Numbered from the stretch's first letter, positions 29,337 to 38,527 are shown. The stretch: 64,000 nucleotides of DNA from Minisyncoccota bacterium (GCA_041659845.1 JBAZXM010000002.1:4-64003); one strand, 5' to 3'. Notes: generated from the sequence alone by a model not told the origin. Numbers and translations are program-made.

Positions 29337-30638
29337 ATGAATAAAAACACAATCGCTATTATCAGTGCTCTTGGAATAATTATTCTCACTGGAGTAGTTG
29401 GATATTTTCTTCTTACTTCAAAAACACAGCCACAGCCCATTAAGGTTATAAGTTCTTTTGAGGAATGCGCACAAGCCGGCTATCCGATTTTAGAGAGCTA
29501 TCCCGAACAATGCCAAACTCCCGACGGGCAATCGTTTACAAAAGGACTCACTCCTCAAGAAGCAGTTTTGGGAAATCAGGTCACACTTCGCGTAAATGAG
29601 CAGGTAAAATTTGATGACGGCTTAGTAATAACGCTCACGGAAATCAATGACTCGCGCTGCAAACAAGGCGTGCAGTGCATATGGCAGGGTGAGCTTTCAT
29701 CTACATTCATTATTCTTGGTGGAAATGTTTCTGAGTTTAAAGAAATACAATTAGGAACAGTAACCGCTAAAAGCGCAACACAAAACGGGTACACGTTTAC
29801 ATTAAAAGAGGCGACTGAAATCAATGCGACGATCACGGTAACTAAGAAGGCGACTATTTCTCCGCCCACTCCAACACCAACCCCAATTCCACCAGTTGCG
29901 TGCACCGCTGATGCAAAACAATGTTCTGATGGATCGTATGTGGGAAGAACAGGACCAAAATGCGAATTCACAGCATGTCCGGGGGAAAACTCCGCTCAAG
30001 TATCTTTACGAGAGGGGCAACGTGAGGGACCATTGCTCGTTCAAAAAATTTATCCTACATATATCACCGGGCAAGTCTATAGAGAATATCCGGTAGCAAC
30101 CGATCAGGGCTCGCCGATAACAATGTACATCGGAGATAGTGCTTCAAATGGATGTACGGTAACACTGACGCTTATCAGAATCCAAAATGGAATAGCCGTG
30201 TTCACGAAAACAACAGATTATAATCGTCCGTGTCCGATATGTCTTGCTGAAAATACTTTTATCGATACGCCCGCAGGGGAGATAGCAGTCCAGAATCTTA
30301 CGGCAGGAATGGAAGTTTGGACAGTAAATAATTCTGGGATAAAAGTTTCAGCAAAGATTCTTAAAACCGGAAGAACATTGGTGCCAGAAACTCATCGCGT
30401 AATGCATTTTGTTTTGAGTGATAACCGCGAGCTTTTTGTCTCACCCGGGCATCCGACAAGTGATGGCCGACTCGCCGGCACTGTTTTGGCTGGAGACACG
30501 CTCGATGGTGCAAAAGTACTCAGCGCTATACTCGTCCCTTATGAAGACGAATATACCTACGATATACTTCCAGCTGGAGAAACTGGACAGTACTGGTCTA
30601 ACGGAATTCTCATGAGTAGTACGTTAATAACTAGCTAG
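29337..30638 (+). CDS. Membrane-anchored Cys-rich surface protein with a C-terminal Hint (Hedgehog/intein) domain
   Basis: TM; SFEECAQAGYPILESYPEQC and CTADAKQCSDGSYVGRTGPKCEFTACP modules; Hint domain CLAENTFIDTPAG...VSPGHP...TYDI...WSNGILMSS from 30240. Confidence 0.8.
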   Translation: MNKNTIAIISALGIIILTGVVGYFLLTSKTQPQPIKVISSFEECAQAGYPILESYPEQCQTPDGQSFTKGLTPQEAVLGNQVTLRVNEQVKFDDGLVITLTEINDSRCKQGVQCIWQGELSSTFIILGGNVSEFKEIQLGTVTAKSATQNGYTFTLKEATEINATITVTKKATISPPTPTPTPIPPVACTADAKQCSDGSYVGRTGPKCEFTACPGENSAQVSLREGQREGPLLVQKIYPTYITGQVYREYPVATDQGSPITMYIGDSASNGCTVTLTLIRIQNGIAVFTKTTDYNRPCPICLAENTFIDTPAGEIAVQNLTAGMEVWTVNNSGIKVSAKILKTGRTLVPETHRVMHFVLSDNRELFVSPGHPTSDGRLAGTVLAGDTLDGAKVLSAILVPYEDEYTYDILPAGETGQYWSNGILMSSTLITS

Positions 30639-30809
30639 AAAGGTCGCAAGACCGTCCTCGCGCAACTATTATTACAACACATTTTAAAATTACTGAGGCC
30701 TTGCCTAGGTAATTACAAGAACTGTTCTCATCTATCTATCGGTATAGACTTATTATATTTTATGTGCTAGAATGTTTTTTAGTAATTTCACAATTTAATA
30801 CTAAAAATC

Positions 30810-32078
30810 ATGCTAAAAGTAAAAGATCGCTTGGTCTTTGAGACCACTAAACTCAGCAACGGCATCACAGTCCATACAAAGAAAACTGATGACCCTTTTG
30901 TAATGATTCGTATTATGATTCCTGTGGGCAGTGCCCATAATACAGGAGGCATTTTGCCGGGATCATTTCATTTTCTCGAACATCTTGTCTGCTGCCGTTC
31001 TGAAATGCATCCTCAATACAAAGCATTTCAAAAAGAATTAGCACTTCATGGTGGTGGATTTAATGCGCAAACATGGATGTTGAATACGACATACATAGTT
31101 GATATACCATCCTCATTTTTTCATGAGGCACTTACAGGATTAATATCCATGGTATTTAATCCGCGTTTTAATGAGGATGATGTAGCACGTGAGCGCACCG
31201 TTATCATTAACGAGCGGAAAATGAGAGAGCCATATTTTCCAGGCGAAAATGAGCTTGAAGAGTATAAAGGAAATAAGTGGATGCGGAAACATAGCTTGGA
31301 CCTGCAGACAATTTTTGGTTCTGATCAGGACTTAGAATCTATGACACTCTCAATGATGGATTATCTGCATATGAACAACTACCGTGATAGTGGAATTAAT
31401 GTAATTATCGCCGGTGGAATCAAGGAAGAGGATATAGCAAAAATACTTCCTCAATTTGAATTGATTACTACTTATGTAAGAAATAATCTTGTTCATTACA
31501 ACCCATCACAATGGGTACATCAGGATTACCATGAGAAAATCTCAAAAGATACTAATCGTTTTCAATATTGCTTAGGGCTCGTATTGCCTAGATTAAGTAT
31601 TGAGGAATTTTGCATGTTGGCGTTTATGGGTAAGTTTTTGACGAATCATGTCCAAGGCCCGCTCTACAAATGGCTGCGAGAGGAAAATGGATGGGTGTAT
31701 GGTTTGCCCACAGATATGAAACGAAGTATGTGGGACACCAATTTTGAATTAAGAATTCCTTTGAGCAAGCGTGAACATGTTGATACCGTCCGCTCTGAAC
31801 TTTCTGAGCGTGTAGTTAATGCATTTCGCGACCAAGATCTGATTCAAAGGGAATTTTCCAGACAAGTAGCAAATTCTGTATTTGATTTTCAGACGCTCCA
31901 ATCTGTTGTTAGTATGGCTCACAGCCACCTTATGCATGTTGGTAGGGTAATTACTGAGAGTTCTATAGATGAATCAATGAAACAAGTCTGCGAAACCGGC
32001 TACCTATCAAGTCTTTTTGAGAAATATGTAACTCCTGAGACTTTAGGAACAATACTCGTTGTGCCTGAGCATGAATAA
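30810..32078 (+). CDS. M16 family zinc metallopeptidase
   Basis: Inverted zinc motif HFLEH, GGGFNAQT, ERTVIINE, LYKWLREENGWVY; TAGACT-N17-TAGAAT promoter at 30745-30773. Confidence 0.9.
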   Translation: MLKVKDRLVFETTKLSNGITVHTKKTDDPFVMIRIMIPVGSAHNTGGILPGSFHFLEHLVCCRSEMHPQYKAFQKELALHGGGFNAQTWMLNTTYIVDIPSSFFHEALTGLISMVFNPRFNEDDVARERTVIINERKMREPYFPGENELEEYKGNKWMRKHSLDLQTIFGSDQDLESMTLSMMDYLHMNNYRDSGINVIIAGGIKEEDIAKILPQFELITTYVRNNLVHYNPSQWVHQDYHEKISKDTNRFQYCLGLVLPRLSIEEFCMLAFMGKFLTNHVQGPLYKWLREENGWVYGLPTDMKRSMWDTNFELRIPLSKREHVDTVRSELSERVVNAFRDQDLIQREFSRQVANSVFDFQTLQSVVSMAHSHLMHVGRVITESSIDESMKQVCETGYLSSLFEKYVTPETLGTILVVPEHE

Positions 32079-32082
32079 AAGC

Positions 32083-32113
32083 AACAGCCTTTTCTTACGA
32101 AAGGGCTGTTTTT
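32083..32113. terminator. Intrinsic terminator between convergent genes
   Basis: AACAGCCTTT...AAAGGGCTGTT followed by TTT. Confidence 0.75.
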
Positions 32114-32166
32114 ATTTGTTTCAAAATACAGAAAGAGGATTTTAATGTAAATTTGTAATAATCAAA

Positions 32167-32949
32167 TTAGACTTCATTTAAAAAATTCATTGTTTTTTCA
32201 AATAATTCTTTTTTAGCCTTTTTACCTTTAAAAAAATGATCGGTATTTTTTATAATAAAAAGTTCTGAAGTCTTTTTATTTTTAATCTTTGAAAAATACT
32301 TTTTTGCATCTTTATCAGCACTATTTTTTGCTGCAATAATGCATGTTTTTTTATTTAATGAAGAAAAAACATTCACAGTATTTATCGTGATTAATTCTTT
32401 GTAAAAGACTTTATTTATTATTGATCCACTAACTTTCTCACAATAATTTTTTTTATCAGCGGTTAATATAAAGTCCTCCAGCATCCACTCCTTCTTCCAT
32501 GGTAAAAGGCTAGGATCCCATAAAACTAAAGATGTATTCTTTTTATATTTTTTATATTTGTGTAAAAATAAAATAGAGACGACTGCCCCAAAACTATGGC
32601 CGATAAGCACTATTCGGGAATATTTACTATCAAAAAAATCCACTATATTTTTTAATTCCTCGATGTAAACGGAAAATGACATTTCTTCAAGATTAAGAGC
32701 ATCAAATTCCTGTTTCTTATCATCACTATCTCCACAGAAATTAAATTTAAGTGTGCTAAAATTATTTTTTAAAAAAATAGCAGAAGCATCTTTAAAAAGC
32801 GGCAACTCTCTGCTTCCGGAAAAACCACTCAAGAATATAACAAGAGTATTCGCCTTCTTATTTTCTAAAAGATCTCCATATATAAATTTATTCTTTATTT
32901 TTTTTGATTTTATTTTCATATTCATGATTTTATAAAAAAATCTCACCAA
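32167..32949 (-). CDS. Alpha/beta hydrolase
   Basis: FLSGFSG, nucleophile elbow GHSFG, C-terminal TDHFF; start codon uncertain. Confidence 0.85.
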   Translation of the reverse strand: MVRFFYKIMNMKIKSKKIKNKFIYGDLLENKKANTLVIFLSGFSGSRELPLFKDASAIFLKNNFSTLKFNFCGDSDDKKQEFDALNLEEMSFSVYIEELKNIVDFFDSKYSRIVLIGHSFGAVVSILFLHKYKKYKKNTSLVLWDPSLLPWKKEWMLEDFILTADKKNYCEKVSGSIINKVFYKELITINTVNVFSSLNKKTCIIAAKNSADKDAKKYFSKIKNKKTSELFIIKNTDHFFKGKKAKKELFEKTMNFLNEV

Positions 32950-32984
32950 AATATAGTGAGATTATTCAAAGTGATGCGTGCCCG

Positions 32985-33245
32985 TCATGACCCTAGGTCA
33001 AATTCTCCTTTTTTTACACCAGCAATAAAAGCTTTCCACTCAGCGTGGTTAAATTTCAAGGTTGTCTTGCTAGAGTCTTTTGTGTCCCGAATCTGGACAC
33101 TGTCTTCGTTAATTTTAACAGATACACATGTTCGTCTAACTGTAATGTAGGTTTGTGATGATGTTCTAAACCCATCTTCGTCTACTTTTTGCCCATGTTC
33201 GTTTGTCACGAAAGAGCATCCATTCAAAAATTTACCTTTATTCAT
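32985..33245 (-). CDS. DUF397 domain protein
   Basis: FRTSS...CVSV....VQIRDTKD....LKFNHAEWKAFIAGVKKGEF is the DUF397 signature. Confidence 0.8.
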   Translation of the reverse strand: MNKGKFLNGCSFVTNEHGQKVDEDGFRTSSQTYITVRRTCVSVKINEDSVQIRDTKDSSKTTLKFNHAEWKAFIAGVKKGEFDLGS

Positions 33246-33480
33246 CTTTTCAATAGCTGTGTATTATCTCTGAAACACTCAAAGATCTTGCCTATTTAAC
33301 TATAACACTCTTTTTACAAAAAACAATGTATCCTAAAATTTAAAATGAAATATTAAATCTGTCAATTAATTTGGGTAATGTGCACATACAAATACTAACA
33401 AGGACTGTCCTTACTGGATTTCAATGGCAAGCTTGCAAAATATGGTAATTTTATATAATTTATGAGATAATCATTTTGTA

Positions 33481-33822
33481 ATGAGTAAGATTCATATTTG
33501 GTTTTATATTATTGCCGCTGTCGCAATTGCCGTATCGGCAAATTATATAAGTGTAATTTGGGCGAACAAAGAAAACAGATTTTCGTCACCTTGGCTTTTG
33601 GCTGTCATTTTTATTTCTCCTTTTGTTTTTATTACCTTTGGACTAGTAGCGTCAAAATTAGGACTAGCTGTAAGTTCCGCGACGATTGATTTATTATTGA
33701 CCGTAAGTACAGTTTTGGTTGGACTTTTTGTGCTGGGTGAATGGCATAGTATTTCTTTGTATCAGTATTTTGGAATAGCCTTAGCGTTTGGTGGAATTAT
33801 TTTAATGCAATTTCATAAATAA
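33481..33822 (+). CDS. SMR/DMT-family small four-TM transporter
   Basis: 113 aa, four hydrophobic helices, GLFVLGE....YQYFGIALAFGGIILM. Confidence 0.75.
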   Translation: MSKIHIWFYIIAAVAIAVSANYISVIWANKENRFSSPWLLAVIFISPFVFITFGLVASKLGLAVSSATIDLLLTVSTVLVGLFVLGEWHSISLYQYFGIALAFGGIILMQFHK

Positions 33823-33830
33823 ATTTCTCA

Positions 33831-35675
33831 ATGCAAAATTTAAAGACAATTAAAAAAAACAAGAAGTCTTCGGAAGCCGTATTTATTCCATACACACCTC
33901 TTAATTTTTCTGAAATTGATAGAAAGGCCAAGAATTTGGCAGATATTATCGAAGCTCGTTTTGAAGATCTATCAGAAATTTTACTAGAATATGAAAGTTA
34001 TGAAGTAGTAGAAGATGAAACAGCTCGAACCCTAGATCTTTTAAGGAGTCTTAAGGAAAATAAAGAATATTTTAAATTACGAGTAGGTGCAATCACTGCA
34101 TTTTTACCAAGGAATCAGCCTCTTTATGCTTTTACATGTTTTGTAATTATTCCTTCACTTATGGCAAGCGAAGCGCACTTCCGCATTCCTCATAGTATGC
34201 GAAGCTTCTTTCCAAAGATGTTTGCTCTGCTGGATATAAATAAATTGTTTCCAAATATTTTTATTTCTTCCAAGCAAAGAATCGAATTTTTAACAGACAG
34301 ATCTGCAATTATTGTAAATTCAAAAACCAAGGAGAGTACTCCTGTTACTGATACCGTTATTTTTACCGGAACTTCTGCTCATGCAGATCAATTGCGTTTA
34401 GTTTTTGATAAACAAACATTATTTATTGCAAATGGATCAGGCCATAATCCAATAGTCATAAACAAAGATGCTGATCTTCGGAAAGCGGTTGAGGCCGTCA
34501 TAACTCTTCAATTTTATAATCAAGGGCAGGATTGCGCAGCTCCAAATGCCGTTCTTGTTCAGAAATCCATATTGCCAAATTTTCTTAAAATGCTCCGTGC
34601 CGAAGTCAGCTCTGTTAAGGTCGGGCATTATCGGGATAAGTCATGCAGAATTGGTCCAATAAGCGACCCAAAAGATCTCGTAAGAATACAAGATTTTCTC
34701 ATTGAACATCGCGAATGGCTTGATCCTCAAACTCAGGGGATAATCAGAGCACACGATGCAATTGTAGAGCCGACTATTATAAACAAGCCGCTTGTATTAG
34801 GAGGCAATTTCAGGGAAATATTTGCTCCAATTATCTTTGTCCAAGAATATAAGAACGATACTGATCTAAAATATTATTTTGAGGATTCACATTATGCGCA
34901 TGGCGCTATGTATGTGACTTTATATGGTACAAGTAAATATGTTAAAAATTTAATTGGTCAGAACATAGGAGGGAAAGTTCTTCATAAAAATTCTTCTTTC
35001 ATTCACAATACTCATCTACATGCTCTAGGATTGGAGAGGGGAACAAAGCCGTACGGAGGATATGGTTACGGAGCTTCTAGTATAAGTATTAATGAAAAAC
35101 TTATACCTATGCCGACACTGCCTCAGCGTGATATTTATGAGCATGTTGCTAAATTAATACTTCGCAAAAAAACAGCCAAAATGTACAAGGCGGAATTTAA
35201 ACAATTTACAAAAATAGAGTATAAAAATGTACAAAAATTATTACGACTCCAATCTTCAAAAGAAAACAAACAGGATGAAGTCGGCAAATTCAGTGATGCC
35301 GCCTATTTTGATTTACATTCAATCAAAACAGGCAGTGTACGTTATATAAAAATAGAAGAAGATAATATTTATTATCTTCTAAATGAGCCCAATGTAAAAC
35401 ATATCGCCGCCTTGAGATCAGAAGATATGAAAATGATTCGCGCTTTAAAGAAATTACTTCTCCGAAAATCCACTATTTCTTTAGACGAATTTCGTACTTT
35501 AATGTATGCTATAGCTAAAGATCCAAAGGCAACAGAGAAGGGTAATAGAGAAAACCAAATTAACTTTTTTCAACATGTTTATCAATTATTGTTTGGTGAA
35601 AAGTCGGGACCTCAACTCGCACCATTTCTCTTGGATGTAGAACAAGGAAAAATAGATAAGCTTTTAGCTATCTAA
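33831..35675 (+). CDS. Aldehyde-dehydrogenase-fold protein fused to a class I LysRS-like anticodon-binding domain
   Basis: PRNQP, FTGT, NGSGHNP, NQGQDC, EIFAP, PYGGYG; C-terminal EFRTLMYAIAK...FFQHVYQLLFGEKSGPQLAPFL. Confidence 0.75.
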   Translation: MQNLKTIKKNKKSSEAVFIPYTPLNFSEIDRKAKNLADIIEARFEDLSEILLEYESYEVVEDETARTLDLLRSLKENKEYFKLRVGAITAFLPRNQPLYAFTCFVIIPSLMASEAHFRIPHSMRSFFPKMFALLDINKLFPNIFISSKQRIEFLTDRSAIIVNSKTKESTPVTDTVIFTGTSAHADQLRLVFDKQTLFIANGSGHNPIVINKDADLRKAVEAVITLQFYNQGQDCAAPNAVLVQKSILPNFLKMLRAEVSSVKVGHYRDKSCRIGPISDPKDLVRIQDFLIEHREWLDPQTQGIIRAHDAIVEPTIINKPLVLGGNFREIFAPIIFVQEYKNDTDLKYYFEDSHYAHGAMYVTLYGTSKYVKNLIGQNIGGKVLHKNSSFIHNTHLHALGLERGTKPYGGYGYGASSISINEKLIPMPTLPQRDIYEHVAKLILRKKTAKMYKAEFKQFTKIEYKNVQKLLRLQSSKENKQDEVGKFSDAAYFDLHSIKTGSVRYIKIEEDNIYYLLNEPNVKHIAALRSEDMKMIRALKKLLLRKSTISLDEFRTLMYAIAKDPKATEKGNRENQINFFQHVYQLLFGEKSGPQLAPFLLDVEQGKIDKLLAI

Positions 35676-35682
35676 AATTAAA

Positions 35683-37176
35683 ATGAATCAAAATAAAACT
35701 ATATTTAAAAAATTAATGAAGCCAACCGTGATCGGTGTGGTGATTTTATTTATTTCAATCGCTATCATAATCTTTACATCTTGGATGCTCTATAATCGCA
35801 CAGTAGACATTTTAACTCAAAATTTGAGAGATCGTTTGCTGACTATATCAATTACAGGAGCAGCCAATATTGACTCAAAAGATCTTGAAGCACTTCAAGA
35901 AGAAACTGATTGGAAAAAACCAGAATGGGCGCGTGTAGTAAACCAACTACATAAAATAAAATACAGCAATAAAGACATTGTTTTTATGTATATTTTTCGA
36001 AAAATAAAAAGTGACCCTACAAACATGGAGTTTGTAGTAGATGCTGATTCTATTGATCCTTATGCTAATACGAGTGGTGATCCATTAAAATATGTTGATG
36101 TTAACAGAGATGGTAAGGTAGAACCTGATGGTGCTGATAAACTTCAATGGCCTGGACAACCCTATCCTGAAGCAATAGATATCCCAGAAGCATATGAAGC
36201 ATATAATGGACCCATCACAGTTAAAGATCTTTATACTGATGAATACGGTACTGTTTTAACGGGTTATGCTCCAATTAGGGATGAAAATGGAAATACTGTG
36301 GCAATCCTAGCAACAGATGTTAAAGCTGATGATTTTTTCACAATAACAAAACAAACACTACAGCCATTTTTGATATTTATCATACTTCTTTCACTTATTA
36401 TTTCAATCCTCATAATAGTTATTATTCATTCATGGAATAAACATGAAAAGTATCTTAAAGAAGTGAATGAAAAACTTAAAGGTCTCGATAAGCTTAAGAC
36501 TGAATTTCTTTCGCTTGCGTCACACCAGCTTAGGAGCCCGCTTACTGCGATTAAGGGCTATACTTCCATGCTTTTGGAGGGAGATTTCGGAAAGGTGACA
36601 GCTCAGCAAAAAGAAATGATTGATCGAGTATTCCAATCAAGTCAACATCTGACAAAAGTCGTGGAAGACTTGCTAAATGTTTCGAAAATTGAACAAGGTG
36701 GTATGAAGTACGAAATGGCGCCATTTGATATGAATAAAGTCGCTTGTGATCTCTCGAACGATCTTACAGTTAGCGCACAAAAGAAAGGTCTTGAACTTAC
36801 CTGTGAAAACGATCACCAAGAGTCATATATGATAAACGGCGATATGGAAAAAATTCGCCAAGTTGTTCTCAATTTGATTGATAATTCTATCAAGTATACT
36901 GAAAAAGGATTTATTAAAGTCTCGCTATCCAAAAACAATGGTAAGGTTCTATTTGCAGTCTCTGATTCCGGAATGGGCATGACTCCGGAAATTAAAGCAT
37001 CGCTATTCCAGAAATTCTCTCGAGGTGAAGGTGGAAAGGTGAATACTGGCGGATCAGGCTTGGGGCTATATTTGGCAAAAGAAATCGTTGAGGCTCACCA
37101 CGGCCGCGTATGGGTGGAATCCGCAGGCCTGGGGCTTGGTTCTACATTTATCGTTGAACTGAAGGGGGTGGAGTAG
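35683..37176 (+). CDS. Membrane sensor histidine kinase (Cache-like sensor, HisKA, HATPase); no response regulator in the window
   Basis: Two TMs; SHQLRSPL, NLIDNSIKYT, DSGMGM, GSGLGL. Confidence 0.92.
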   Translation: MNQNKTIFKKLMKPTVIGVVILFISIAIIIFTSWMLYNRTVDILTQNLRDRLLTISITGAANIDSKDLEALQEETDWKKPEWARVVNQLHKIKYSNKDIVFMYIFRKIKSDPTNMEFVVDADSIDPYANTSGDPLKYVDVNRDGKVEPDGADKLQWPGQPYPEAIDIPEAYEAYNGPITVKDLYTDEYGTVLTGYAPIRDENGNTVAILATDVKADDFFTITKQTLQPFLIFIILLSLIISILIIVIIHSWNKHEKYLKEVNEKLKGLDKLKTEFLSLASHQLRSPLTAIKGYTSMLLEGDFGKVTAQQKEMIDRVFQSSQHLTKVVEDLLNVSKIEQGGMKYEMAPFDMNKVACDLSNDLTVSAQKKGLELTCENDHQESYMINGDMEKIRQVVLNLIDNSIKYTEKGFIKVSLSKNNGKVLFAVSDSGMGMTPEIKASLFQKFSRGEGGKVNTGGSGLGLYLAKEIVEAHHGRVWVESAGLGLGSTFIVELKGVE

Positions 37177-37195
37177 GAATATTTGTATAAATAAA

Positions 37196-37690
37196 ATGAT
37201 AATAAATAAAATAATAGTAGAAAAAGAATTTGAATTTCGTGTTGCTAATAAGAAAGACGTTGATTTTTTATTAGGTTTAATAAACGAACCTGAAATAAAT
37301 GAATATTTGGTTAATCCAGCTGAGCAACCTATATCAAAAAAACAAGAATTAGATTGGATACAAGATTATATCAATTCTAATACAAGTATCGCCCTCATTG
37401 TTAAATTTAAAAATAAACGAGTGGGTGTAATTTCTGTTGACGACATAAACAAAAAAGATGGAAGTGCAAGTTTTGGTTTAATTATTAAAAAAGATTCTAG
37501 AGGTATGGGAATAGGTAAAGATGTGATAAAAATTCTTACAAATAAAGTTTCAAAAAAAATAAAAGTTAAAAAATTCTATTCTTTTATTAAGAAAACTAAC
37601 ACAAGAAGTATTGCTTTAGTTAAAAGTGTTGGTTTTGTTTTAAATAAAGAAAAATCTAAAAAGAATCTTGTCTATTTCGAATTTATATAG
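37196..37690 (+). CDS. GNAT acetyltransferase (RimJ/RimL-like)
   Basis: RGMGIG acetyl-CoA motif; NTRSIALVKSVGF. Confidence 0.85.
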   Translation: MIINKIIVEKEFEFRVANKKDVDFLLGLINEPEINEYLVNPAEQPISKKQELDWIQDYINSNTSIALIVKFKNKRVGVISVDDINKKDGSASFGLIIKKDSRGMGIGKDVIKILTNKVSKKIKVKKFYSFIKKTNTRSIALVKSVGFVLNKEKSKKNLVYFEFI

Positions 37691-37698
37691 AAATAAAA

Positions 37699-37726
37699 AA
37701 ACACCTACTATTTATAGTAGGTGTTT
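37699..37726. terminator. Bidirectional terminator
   Basis: AAACACCTACTAT..ATAGTAGGTGTTT between the convergent GNAT and queC-like genes. Confidence 0.75.
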
Positions 37727-37740
37727 GACATAGTAATGAA

Positions 37741-38451
37741 TTAAAAAGATTTTTGAAGTACTCTTTTTTTATTTTGTTTTATATTTAGAGCATTAATCGC
37801 TGATTGTCTTTCAATACAACCTTGGCATTTACCACAATGATTTTCTCTGCTATGTAAGCAACTCCATGTGTCCTCATTGTTCATTCCAGCTTCAATACCT
37901 TTTTTGATTAATTCAGACTTACTTATTCCAATAAATGGAATTACAATAGTAACCTGGTAACCTGAAACATGCAGCATTTTATTGAAAGTATCAATATAAT
38001 CAGTTATTGAATTATCCCAATTGTCGTCCTTATGAACAGCCCAAACAATTTCGTTGAATCCATGCGATACTGCATATACGGCACTTAATAAATGCATTGT
38101 TTGAAGACTAAGTGGTGCTTCAATTTTTCCATCAGGAGTACACGAGGTTTTACCTAAAAAACCAAAAGGTTTACGTTTCCCAGGCTTATTTCCCCCACCC
38201 ATTCCAATTGTTATTAAGGGAATATCAGAAAATAACTGGTCTAATTGAGATACATCAATAATTTTATGCTGTACATTACATTGATTTGCAATAATTTTTG
38301 CACAGTCAATTTCCCTTGAATTATCAGTCATTTTGCTTGCTAAGAAGCTTAAGCACTGAATTTCATCTGAAGTTTCTTTTTGCATATTTAAAATAAAAAT
38401 TGCAGCAGAAGAATCTGGTCCCCCAGACAGTAAAATAATGGTCTTTTTCAT
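37741..38451 (-). CDS. QueC-like PP-loop ATPase (7-cyano-7-deazaguanine synthase family, divergent)
   Basis: LLSGGPDS; PF..ISKSELIK.G; TWSC......HCGKCQGCIER zinc site. Confidence 0.8.
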   Translation of the reverse strand: MKKTIILLSGGPDSSAAIFILNMQKETSDEIQCLSFLASKMTDNSREIDCAKIIANQCNVQHKIIDVSQLDQLFSDIPLITIGMGGGNKPGKRKPFGFLGKTSCTPDGKIEAPLSLQTMHLLSAVYAVSHGFNEIVWAVHKDDNWDNSITDYIDTFNKMLHVSGYQVTIVIPFIGISKSELIKKGIEAGMNNEDTWSCLHSRENHCGKCQGCIERQSAINALNIKQNKKRVLQKSF

Positions 38452-38527
38452 ACTTATTTATATTTAAGAGAACTCTTACGATATGTAAGTTTATTCTAGT
38501 ATCACTATACAGATTGACAAATATCTG

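Noticed and set aside
30240-30638. Self-splicing intein
   Set aside because: No C-terminal His-Asn and no C-extein; treated as a non-splicing Hint domain.
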